Shown here: in pieces, positions 32,153-41,700 of the stretch
Numbering within the stretch: the first letter of the stretch is position 1
Layout: every line of letters begins with the position of its first letter
Origin: Candidatus Termititenax sp.
GTDB taxonomy: Bacteria; Margulisbacteria; Riflemargulisbacteria; GWF2-35-9; DYQY01
Direction of reading: 5' to 3'
DNA: 64,000 bases
Assembly: GCA_020719045.1 (NCBI GenBank)
Contig: DYQY01000002.1
Span: 70,437-134,436, forward strand
Made by a program: the position numbers and the translations under genes
The notes under the pieces: generated by a model
Seen by the model: only the letters and a program-made list of their open reading frames with translations
The model's database searches: none
Told to the model about the DNA's origin: nothing

Positions 32153-32341
32153 CTCCCCCTGTCACTTTGTGACATCCCCCTCATTGAGAGGGACTCTAAA
32201 AGGCTCCCTCGTGGAGGGAGCTGGCAGTCGAAGACTGACTGAGGGAGCATTGCTAACCTCTCCCCGCAGAAGACACACATTAATTTACTTAGGAACTCGG
32301 ATGCTGCGACCCTCTCCATTTCATTCATGAAACGGAGAGGG
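32153..32341. repeat. Cluster of three REP-like double-hairpin repeats (copies 2-4)
   Basis: 32153-32194 (+), 32202-32247 (inverted), 32257-32341 (+, long loops); same C-rich leader/stem1/A-N linker/C-rich stem2 layout as 29801. Confidence 0.65.
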
Positions 32342-32647
32342 TAACGGCACTAATCATTATTCAAAAATACTTATAACTTCCGTGGGTGAGGTTCGTCGAA
32401 ATATCTGCGATTTTATATTTGCTCAAAACGCTTCGGGACAACTTAACAAAGTAAAAAAATATTTGAGTGCGGAACCTGAACAAGATGACTTTGTAGTAAT
32501 TTTAGGAGCATGCCCACATACGCATAAAAAATATTTTTCCAAATAACCAATGGGTGCGATAAAAATTACCCAAAAGTCACGCAGTGAATTGAAGCACTCT
32601 TGATTTTTTGCTTCGTTTTTTATCAAGAAAAAATGAAGAACAACCTA

Positions 32648-32676
32648 TTGACTTATCTCTTGTACATTTGTACAAT
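32648..32676 (+). promoter_or_regulatory. Sigma70 promoter with overlapping palindromic operator
   Basis: TTGACT-N17-TACAAT; TTGTACA-TT-TGTACAA at 32660-32675; ATG 6 nt after the -10. Confidence 0.7.
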
Positions 32677-32682
32677 AAACCT

Positions 32683-33261
32683 ATGGATATCAAAAAAGAC
32701 CTAGAAAAAATAAGAGACTTCTTCAAAAAGCACGATAGGTTACCTAGCCTCGGCGAAATAGCTGACCTCTTCAGCTACTCTTCCCGAAACTCAGCAGTCT
32801 ATTTAGTAAACAAATTAATTGAAAACAATATTATTGAAAAAGACCCCTCGACCGGCAAGCTACTCACAACCCCCATCTTCCATAATAGAGTTAAACTATT
32901 AGGATCTGTAGCTGCCGGTTTTCCAATTGCCGAAGAAGAAGAGCTACAAGGGACAATCTCGCTAGAGGAGTATTTAATAGATAAACCAACCTCTACTTTT
33001 ATGTTAGAAGTAAAAGGCGATTCCATGATAGACGCAGGTATACTACCAAAAGACATGGTACTAGTAGAAAAAGGTCGTTTAGCTAAAAGCGGCGATATTG
33101 TAATAGCCGAAGTCGACGGAGAATGGACAATGAAGTACCTCCGTAAAACTAACGGTAAAACTTACCTACAAGCCGCTAACTCAAAATATCCAGACATCTA
33201 CCCAGAAAAAACAATGAACATTGCTGGCGTTGTTATAAGTACTTGTCGTAAATATGGATAA
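32683..33261 (+). CDS. LexA-like repressor / S24 peptidase
   Basis: N-terminal wHTH (PSLGEIADLF), VAAG cleavage site, GDSM catalytic Ser, TMKY catalytic Lys. Confidence 0.9.
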   Translation: MDIKKDLEKIRDFFKKHDRLPSLGEIADLFSYSSRNSAVYLVNKLIENNIIEKDPSTGKLLTTPIFHNRVKLLGSVAAGFPIAEEEELQGTISLEEYLIDKPTSTFMLEVKGDSMIDAGILPKDMVLVEKGRLAKSGDIVIAEVDGEWTMKYLRKTNGKTYLQAANSKYPDIYPEKTMNIAGVVISTCRKYG

Positions 33262-34498
33262 CCGACCTCTTAGCATCATCCATTGGCCACAAGCAATCCT
33301 ACACCTTGATGGTGATAGCTTCTTTGCTTCTGTTGAAAAAGCACTAAACCCAGCACTCAAGGATAAACCAGTAGTTACAGGTCAGGAACGCGGGATAGCG
33401 TCTTCTATGAGTTACGAAGCCAAGAAGCTTGGAATAACCAGAGGAATGCCCATAGCTAAAATAAAACAAGAATATCCCGAATGCATAGTTGTTGCAGGAA
33501 ACTACGAAGCCTACACCATGTTTGCCGGTAAAATATTTAATATCATGCGACGATATACTCCAGCCGTTGAAGAATACTCCATTGATGAAGCCTTTGCAGA
33601 TATCACTGGTCTTAGGAAAATGCACAACTGTAGCTACAAAGAAATCGCAATTAAAATGCAAAAGGACATCATGGACGAGCTTAACATCTCCGTATCTGTA
33701 GGCGTAAGCCTTTCCAAAACATTAGCCAAGCTATGCTCTAACTTCCGAAAACCTTTTGGAATAACTTGTGTAGATGGAACAAATATTCATATCTTATTAC
33801 AAAAGACCCCAATAGAAAAAGTATGGGGTATAGGAAAAAACACAGCCGCCTTCCTTAGAAAATACGATTGCAACACCGCCTATGATTTCATCAAAAAAGA
33901 CCATATCTTTGTAAACAGATATTTGGATAAAAAAGAACGAGAAATATATAACGAACTAAAGGGCGAATATCTATACAAAATTAAAACAGACAAAAAATCA
34001 ACCTATCAAAGTATAAGCAAAGCAAAAACATTCACTCCAACCAAAGATAAGGAAGCTATCCTATCTCAACTATACAAAAACATAGAAGATGCTTGCGCTA
34101 AAAGCAGGAAGTACAATCTGGTGGCAACCAAGTTTACAATTGTCACCAAAACACAAACATTCTTTACTAACGGACAAAAAGTGACACTATCTCGCCCAAC
34201 AGCCTCAGCTAGCGAACTATACAAGATAATCGAACCTCTTCTCGATTCACTAATAATACCAAACATTATTTATCGCCAAACAGCCTGTGTCCTATCAGAC
34301 CTAACGGCCGACAATAACTCTCAACTATCACTATTCGAGGATAATTTAAAAATAGCCAAAATAGAGCACCTTAACAAAACAGTAGACTCATTAAATAAAA
34401 AGTTTGGATATAACACTATTCATTTAGCAAGAAGCTTAAAAGCAAGAAGCTTATACACCAGAGAACTTGCTATCCCTAAACTAAATATAGCCGTATAG
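33254..34498 (+). CDS. Y-family DNA polymerase (DinB/UmuC-like)
   Basis: HLDGDSFFASVE, SYEAK, YSIDEAF, QLSLF clamp-binding motif. Confidence 0.93.
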   Translation: MDNRPLSIIHWPQAILHLDGDSFFASVEKALNPALKDKPVVTGQERGIASSMSYEAKKLGITRGMPIAKIKQEYPECIVVAGNYEAYTMFAGKIFNIMRRYTPAVEEYSIDEAFADITGLRKMHNCSYKEIAIKMQKDIMDELNISVSVGVSLSKTLAKLCSNFRKPFGITCVDGTNIHILLQKTPIEKVWGIGKNTAAFLRKYDCNTAYDFIKKDHIFVNRYLDKKEREIYNELKGEYLYKIKTDKKSTYQSISKAKTFTPTKDKEAILSQLYKNIEDACAKSRKYNLVATKFTIVTKTQTFFTNGQKVTLSRPTASASELYKIIEPLLDSLIIPNIIYRQTACVLSDLTADNNSQLSLFEDNLKIAKIEHLNKTVDSLNKKFGYNTIHLARSLKARSLYTRELAIPKLNIAV

Positions 34499-35551
34499 TT
34501 AAATAATAAACTCTACCTCAGAAAACTTCTCAATCAGAATATTCTTTAAATAATGCATAGCAGGCATCTCGCCCTGAAAATGGCCAATGTCCAAAACAGA
34601 AAGCCCCAACTCTTCTGCTTCAACTGCAGAATGGTAATCAATATCCCCTGTAATAAACAAATCAATGTCCATCGAGGCAACCTTACTAATCAAACTCTTG
34701 CCACTACCACCACAAAAAGCAACCCTCTTAACTCTTCTGTCTAAATCAAGATTACCAAAAAGCTTCCCGTCAAATGGAGATAAAAAATCTCTTACAGACT
34801 TTTCGTCTTTTAAAACTACATAACGACCTAACCCAATATTCTTATCTGTATTCTTTAAAAGTATAATGTCGTATGCAGGCTCCTCATATGGATGGATAGA
34901 CTTCATTTTGGACACAACTCTATCTAGGTCTATTTCTTTGACTATTGTTTCTATCCTGACCTCTTCAACTTTCTCTAGTACTCCAGCCTGTCCGATAAAT
35001 GGACTTGCACTATCGTTAGGAAGAAAAGTTCCTTCACCAACTGCACTAAACGAACAGTGCGAGTAATTACCAATATTACCTAAATCTAACTCCAGAAAAG
35101 AAGTCCTAAATTCCTCAAGCTTATCTTTAGGGACGTATACAATTAGTTTATACAAAGCTACAGACAATGGACTCAAAACCCTTATATCTTTAAACCCATA
35201 CTGTTCAGCTAAAACATCACTAACTCCATCTTTGTTTACATCAAAGTTTGTATGAAGCGAATATACAGCAATATCATTCTTAAGCAGAATCTCAATATTC
35301 TTTCCAATATATTTAGCTGTATCTATCTGAATGAGTGGCTTAAAAAATAATGGATGATGTGTCAAAACCAAGTCCACTCTTAAAGCAACAGCTTGTTCAA
35401 CAACTTTTGAAGACAATGTCAAACATAAAAGGACTTTTGAAACCGGCTTATCCTTCGTGCCTAACTGTAATCCACAGTTATCCCAATCATAAGAGTATTT
35501 AGTTGGATACTTAGCTTCTAAAAAACTAACAACTGAGGAAACTTTAAGCAT
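34499..35551 (-). CDS. Nif3-like dinuclear metal protein (YqfO type with PII-like insert)
   Basis: WDNCGLQLG, THHPLFF, HTNFD, HPYEEPAYD, GGSG, TGD, GHF. Confidence 0.93.
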   Translation of the reverse strand: MLKVSSVVSFLEAKYPTKYSYDWDNCGLQLGTKDKPVSKVLLCLTLSSKVVEQAVALRVDLVLTHHPLFFKPLIQIDTAKYIGKNIEILLKNDIAVYSLHTNFDVNKDGVSDVLAEQYGFKDIRVLSPLSVALYKLIVYVPKDKLEEFRTSFLELDLGNIGNYSHCSFSAVGEGTFLPNDSASPFIGQAGVLEKVEEVRIETIVKEIDLDRVVSKMKSIHPYEEPAYDIILLKNTDKNIGLGRYVVLKDEKSVRDFLSPFDGKLFGNLDLDRRVKRVAFCGGSGKSLISKVASMDIDLFITGDIDYHSAVEAEELGLSVLDIGHFQGEMPAMHYLKNILIEKFSEVEFII

Positions 35552-36478
35552 TTACGCTAATAAGTTAGGGACATTCTCTTCTCTGGCCCTTTTTGCTATC
35601 CCTTGTTTAATATTTCTCAAGAAATCACCCTTAACAGCAGAAGTTGCTTTATTTAACATTTCAAGCTTAGCTTCAAGCCTATAGGAACCATCACTCATCA
35701 TCGCCTCAGAAGAGAATACGTATTTGTATACATTGTCTTTTTGAGTAGTTGTTTCGAATCTATATGGCCTAACAATTGTTTTAACTCTTTCTTCTTTTGT
35801 ATACAATGAATTTAGTACTCTTTTTCCATGCTCAGTAATATTAAACTTACATTCATGAACAGAACTACCTTTAGATATAACGTTTACAATATCTAGATAA
35901 CTCAAAGTTTTAAAAATGAAAAGGAATATAAACTGTTTATTATTAAACACTTCACCTTTAGAATAATAGAACTTTTCAGGATCGTTATAATCTCTAAAGA
36001 AAGCATATCTAGTTGTTAATAGTCTGTATAATGTCTCAAAAGAAACTACATCCTCATCACAAAGGCCATGCAGAGTTTTCACTATAGATTTACGCTTATT
36101 TACTAAATCAAAATCATTGTTAGTAAAAGGGGTATTAAACACAAGAGGAGATTTATAATATTCATTATAATCTCTAGTAAAAAACAAAAATTTAAACATA
36201 TTATCAAACAAAAAATCAGTACTTTTAATTTTGTTTACTAATTCCTGGTTTACTTTCCATGTTTGGTCTTCAACATAGATAAATTTTGTTATTAATAAAA
36301 AAAGTGAAATATAATTGGCTAAATCTTTTGGGAACTTGTAGTCGGCAGCTAAATTCTTGACCCTTGCTTTTAATGTTTTCCGCTTGTTTAATATATCCAT
36401 CTCTTCTGTATGAACCGAAGACAGATACTCTTCCACAAAACAAATTACATTGCCATGATCCTTATATGTCGCTTCCAC
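35552..36478 (-). CDS. Hypothetical protein, possible winged-helix repeats
   Basis: 308-aa ORF with GGGGGG SD; LSYLDIV...FNITEHGKRVL resembles a wHTH end. Confidence 0.55.
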   Translation of the reverse strand: MEATYKDHGNVICFVEEYLSSVHTEEMDILNKRKTLKARVKNLAADYKFPKDLANYISLFLLITKFIYVEDQTWKVNQELVNKIKSTDFLFDNMFKFLFFTRDYNEYYKSPLVFNTPFTNNDFDLVNKRKSIVKTLHGLCDEDVVSFETLYRLLTTRYAFFRDYNDPEKFYYSKGEVFNNKQFIFLFIFKTLSYLDIVNVISKGSSVHECKFNITEHGKRVLNSLYTKEERVKTIVRPYRFETTTQKDNVYKYVFSSEAMMSDGSYRLEAKLEMLNKATSAVKGDFLRNIKQGIAKRAREENVPNLLA

Positions 36479-36608
36479 TAAATTCCCCCCTTTTAGTTTA
36501 TCGACCGAAACCCCGAATAATCAGTCAAAATAACCCCCCTGTATACAAGGGTCTGAATCTAGTTTACCATAAAAAAACAAAAAGTCAAAACTATGTATAC
36601 AAAAAAGT

Positions 36609-37535
36609 TTACTCGCTACAAAGCACTGAAATGCCCTGTAGTAAATCATAACGAGGGGAAAAAGAAAAATCATTTTTAATTCTAGATATATCTGCTACCG
36701 AGAACTTAATGTCTCCTTTACGTACATCCTTGTATACAACCTGTACATCTTTACTATATACCTTCTGAAAAACCTTAATCAAATCGGTCAAAGAACTCTG
36801 CACGCCAGAACCTACATTGTATATTGAAAAATCAGAATACGACATCATCATCATTATATTAGCGGTTACAATATCTTTAATATACACAAAATCTCTAGTT
36901 TGACTGCCGTCACCAAAAATTGTTACATCTTGTCCCTTAAAAATTCTTTCCTTAAATATAGAAATAACCCCCGAATAATCACTAGAAGGATTCTGCCTTT
37001 CACCGTATACATTAAAATACCTTAAACCCATAAACTGAGTAGAACCTTTTTCACTGTATATCACGGCTAAATCCTCATTAATCATTTTGTGCTCACCATA
37101 TGGGCTTGTTGGATGTAATTGCATAAATTCATTCTTAGGCAAAACAGGGCCATCTCCATATACTGCTGCTGAGGACGCAAAAACGACTTTGTCCACTCCT
37201 GTCCTCTGCGCATGTTTAAATATATTTTCAGTGCCTGCAACATTTACTGATTTTGTATTTTCTGGCTCGTTGATTGATTTCTGAACAGAAGCTATCGCAG
37301 CTTGATGAAAAACAACATCAAACTTTCCCTGCTCAAACAGTTTAGCAACAGCATCTTCATTACGGATATCCATATGTATAAATTCAATATTCTTCTGATC
37401 TATATGAGCTAAATTTTCAAGACTTCCTGAAGATAAGTTGTCCACAATCGTGACTTTATGGTCAAGCAAAACAAGTTCTTCAACAATATGAGAGCCAATA
37501 AATCCAGCGCCACCAGTTACTAATGTTTTATCCAT
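36609..37535 (-). CDS. NAD-dependent epimerase/dehydratase
   Basis: VTGGAGFIGSH, ASSAAVYG, YGEHK, RYFNVYG, QTRDFVY. Confidence 0.93.
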   Translation of the reverse strand: MDKTLVTGGAGFIGSHIVEELVLLDHKVTIVDNLSSGSLENLAHIDQKNIEFIHMDIRNEDAVAKLFEQGKFDVVFHQAAIASVQKSINEPENTKSVNVAGTENIFKHAQRTGVDKVVFASSAAVYGDGPVLPKNEFMQLHPTSPYGEHKMINEDLAVIYSEKGSTQFMGLRYFNVYGERQNPSSDYSGVISIFKERIFKGQDVTIFGDGSQTRDFVYIKDIVTANIMMMMSYSDFSIYNVGSGVQSSLTDLIKVFQKVYSKDVQVVYKDVRKGDIKFSVADISRIKNDFSFSPRYDLLQGISVLCSE

Positions 37536-38037
37536 TCAAATACTCCCTTATATTTTTTGTAAACGACTGAGCAGCTAATGCTCCATCTGCCGTAATGATA
37601 TTACCATCAACTTCTACTTCTCTAGCTGTATATATTACTCCTTTATTCATTTTAATTTTTTCTGCATCTCCATGGAAAACCGTTGCTTTCTTGCCATCCA
37701 ATATCCCAGCCCCTGCTAATAGTAATGGAGCCATACATATAGCTGACACAAGCCTATTTGAAGAATAAAAATTATTAATAATTTCCTTTAACGTTAGATT
37801 ATCCAAATAAGAATAGCCACCTGGACCACCGACCAAAATCAGAGCATCAAAATCTTCAGGAACAATATCTTCAATTACATTATTCACCATAAAGGTGCCA
37901 CCTAATTTACCAGTAGCCAAACCTTTCTTGCTCGAGAATACTTTGACATCAAACTCCTCAGAAAGTCCACTATACGGCACGAATAATTCTTCATCCCTAA
38001 ACCCCTCAAAAGCAATGACAACAGCAATACGCTTCAT
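37528..38037 (-). CDS. DJ-1/PfpI family protein
   Basis: FRDEEL, GGPG, AICMAP, DGNIITADG. Confidence 0.92.
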   Translation of the reverse strand: MKRIAVVIAFEGFRDEELFVPYSGLSEEFDVKVFSSKKGLATGKLGGTFMVNNVIEDIVPEDFDALILVGGPGGYSYLDNLTLKEIINNFYSSNRLVSAICMAPLLLAGAGILDGKKATVFHGDAEKIKMNKGVIYTAREVEVDGNIITADGALAAQSFTKNIREYLNG

Positions 38038-38759
38038 TAGCACAGCCCAATAATTAACTTGACAGGGAAAAACAACACTATAAATATAAACAAGGTCAAA
38101 TGTTCAATCGTAAATCTTCTTCCATCATACACTAATCGTTTCTTTAATATTTGCCTTAAAACAACTATTGATAATACCCCTACCCAAAACAAACTACCTA
38201 TTAACATTAAAAAGATACATACCCTAATAAACATCGAGAAATAGTCATGCCTAAGAACCTCAACACGTAAATCAACAGTTCTATCATAATAATAAAGAAT
38301 AACGGAGATTCCATATGAAACATAAACAGAAAAACAAACAGTAAAAAGCAACATCAAAGTAGCATTATTACTTAAACCAACAATGCTTTTAACTAGCTCA
38401 AAAAAAGAAGTTGTAATAAGTCCATCTCCAATAAAGAAAAACATAGAAGAGAGAATTAAAACGTGCAATGCTTGGTCAATAAAAAAATGAGACAATTCCT
38501 TCTGAATAATATTTCTTTGAAAAAAAAGCTTTATCTTATCTATAAAATAATGTGTCACAGAAACCAAAAGGAGCCATATAAAAAACCCAAAATTTAAAGA
38601 AACTGGAAATAATAAAACAAATGCCAGCAAGAAAAAAATGCCAACATGAAAAAAAATACCAATTTTTGATTTTATTTTTAATTTATACATGAAATTATTC
38701 TGCAAAACAAAATCCGATAACACGTGTGCTAATAACAAACAAACAAATATATTTAACAT
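38037..38759 (-). CDS. DUF3307-like membrane protein
   Basis: AHVLSDFVLQ, HYFID, FFIDQALH. Confidence 0.8.
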   Translation of the reverse strand: MLNIFVCLLLAHVLSDFVLQNNFMYKLKIKSKIGIFFHVGIFFLLAFVLLFPVSLNFGFFIWLLLVSVTHYFIDKIKLFFQRNIIQKELSHFFIDQALHVLILSSMFFFIGDGLITTSFFELVKSIVGLSNNATLMLLFTVCFSVYVSYGISVILYYYDRTVDLRVEVLRHDYFSMFIRVCIFLMLIGSLFWVGVLSIVVLRQILKKRLVYDGRRFTIEHLTLFIFIVLFFPVKLIIGLC

Positions 38760-38775
38760 TTACTCGTCTCCTTTA

Positions 38776-41700
38776 CTATTTAATATCAAAAACGAAATCA
38801 TAAAATACATCTGGAGAATAGAGCCTACGTGCTCGTATAATATACCTACCGCTTATTGGACTACAAACAACATTATTCTCAACTATTCCATTAGCGTTAG
38901 TTACTGACCTCCTATTAAAGTCCACAATGGCTCCAAGAGGCTTCTGAACCAATTCCCACAAAATAGCATCATACGCTACTTTATTTCTGGTTTTACTATA
39001 AATAACATCAAGAGATAATGGAACCCTTACTACATCTTTCTTAGACAAATATTCGCCAAATCCAGATAATGGCCTTATTAAATATTCACCATCAAAAACT
39101 CTAATATTATACTCAATCTTATTAGCTAGCAAATAAGAACTAATAACTAAACTATACTCACCGGGGTCATCAAAGGTGTTTTCAAATTTATATTCATCAC
39201 CAATAGGAACGATGCGCTTAAGTGTCTTAATACTACCATCTACCTTTGATAAAATACGAATATCTAATTCAATGCCTGATTTACTTTCAACTAACCCAAC
39301 CTTAGGAACAACTAAAAATGAAAATGATTCTGTTTGATTTATAAAGGTCGAGTGATGTAATCTATCGACAACAGCTATATTATATATTGAGCCTGTCTTT
39401 GAATTAAGTTTAAACGACACCTTATCACTCATCCACGGAATCATTCTATTCTTTGCAATAGAAACTGTAACATCTTCAATGTTATTTCGCACATCAGGGG
39501 TTAACAACACCTCAAGCATGGCACTAGGTTCTATAAGCAGTTTCTCAACCTTTCTATTCTTGCCAACCTTAATACTTCCAGCAACAACCCTATCCTTATT
39601 GTTATATATCTTTAAGCGATATGGTTGTTGTCCAACAAACAAATCCATTTTATTTGAACGATTAAAAACTATTTTCTCATTATTAATAACAACCACATCA
39701 TCACCAAAATCAACAGGAGCTGGATCGGCCTGTGACTCTTCTTGCTTAGGATTTTCTGCATCCACTGGTAATCCTACATAATTTAAACTCACTTCACTTG
39801 CCAAATCTTTTACGATATCAACATTAAATATAACTGATGCCCTAGAATTTAATTCAACTACCTTTACAACAAATTTTCTTTCATAAGCCCTATTAATATC
39901 TGGCATAGAGGATCTTCCTTCAGAATCAGTCTTCGTTCTTCTAACAAAAGAAGCATCTTTAGCTACCTCATAAATCTCCCATTCAAGAGGAACGTTAGGA
40001 ACAGGGTTGTTTAGTCTGTCTACAAGTTGAATCTCACATAACCTGCTACCATCATTAACATTAACAACAACTTTTTCTGACTGTAACGGAACGAGCTTTA
40101 ACAACCCACCATCCTTGTTCTTTTCAGCCGATTTCTTTTGTTTGATTTTTTCGCTAACAACAGATAAATCAAAAACGGTTTTAAGTTTATCTTGGAACTG
40201 AGGATAAGCTATTATTTTATACTTCCCTAAAGCTACTGGCGCTGTGAATTTTTGTTTTGCAAATCCATTAACATCTGTTTTACTCATTTTTTCTAAAACG
40301 ACTGCACCTTTAGCGCCTTTTTCATCGCTAATAAGCTGAAATATAATCGGCATATCCTGAACAGAATTACCATGTAAATCAAAAGCTTTAACAACATACA
40401 TCTCAGGAATCTCTTTACCTACTAACACCTCTTGACTGTCCCCTGCAATCTTCTTAATGGATGATACAGAAAGACCAAGCACCTTCACATAATAAGAGAC
40501 ATACTCCCATTTACCGCCTCGTTTATAATAGGCCTTAATCTCTTTAACACCAGGATTCATATCAGCAACAAAATTAAAAGTAGATATCCCACGTCTATCG
40601 GTTTTAACAGTCTGAATATATTGTCTATTTTCACCCTTAACATCTACAGCATATGACCATCTAACTTGTTCTCCAACCATAGGGTTTTCATATATATCAC
40701 TTAACTTAATTGATAAAACCTCAGCCAAAGACGCCCCTGGATTCAAAACCTGATTATTTCCAGAAAGAATTACTGCAGAGTAAAGCACTTCTGGCTTCAC
40801 ATCTACAACAACCGCCTGCTTAACATCATTATCAAAATCAGAATAGACAACCACATTATACCTTCCTGCTTTTTCAGGCATCACAATATCAAACATTGCT
40901 ATACCCTTCGCATCAGTAAATGCATCAGCCCCAGCAGAAGTAGTAACCATCCTTCCAAAGTACATATCCATGCTTAATTTTGCTTTTTCAACAAAGTTTC
41001 CATATCTATCTACCACTCGCGTCTTATAAATCCCTTTATACTGTTTACCAGCAACATACTCTCTACTCTTATCATCTGCATCAACAATAATTAAACTATC
41101 AACACCTGACTCAGTAGCATCAAACTGATAAAAAACTGAACTTGAATAAGAGGCATCTGTAACATACAAATAATACTTTCCTTTATTGTCAGGAACTTGG
41201 AAAGGAAGCACTGTATATCCAGTAGGACTTATCTCAACTTTTTTATTAAAATCATGCTTTAACACTTTTTTCGCATTATTAATACCATAAACAATAGTTC
41301 CCTTAGTTATTAAATTATCATTTTTATCATAGAACTGTGCCCCTACAGAGCTAACTTGTCTAAAAACCGGAAATCTTGGATTATCCTTTGCCACAAGTCT
41401 AATTCTTGTTGGTCTATCAGGAACTGCTTTTACGACTATATCTTTTTCTAAAGTGTTAATTTTGGCAGTATAAATATAATCTCCCTTCAAGTTACCAAGA
41501 ATCGGATTAAATTCTGCCATTCCTTGTCTATTAGTCTTCAGTTGATATACCTGTTCTGATTCTTTGCCTACAATTGCACCAGAAGGAGCTTTTTTCAGTC
41601 TTACTGATAAAAATATATCAACAACTGGAGAAGCATTATTATCAGCAACAAAAACCTGAATTGGCTTATCTAGATTAGAACCAACAACGCCTTCTATAAA

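Noticed and set aside
32128..32328. 67-aa N-terminal extension of ArgC in the ORF track
   Set aside because: It runs through the repeat hairpins; homology starts at MKNIAIVG (32127), which has its own extended -10.
32150..32345. Possible CRISPR array or riboswitch upstream of argC
   Set aside because: No identical direct repeats with regular spacers, no cas genes, units in mixed orientation, and argC has a proximal promoter.
32423..32626. 67-aa ORF
   Set aside because: No RBS or recognisable motif; lies in a structured intergenic element.
36364..36651. 95-aa plus-strand ORF
   Set aside because: Overlaps genes at both ends; no recognisable features.
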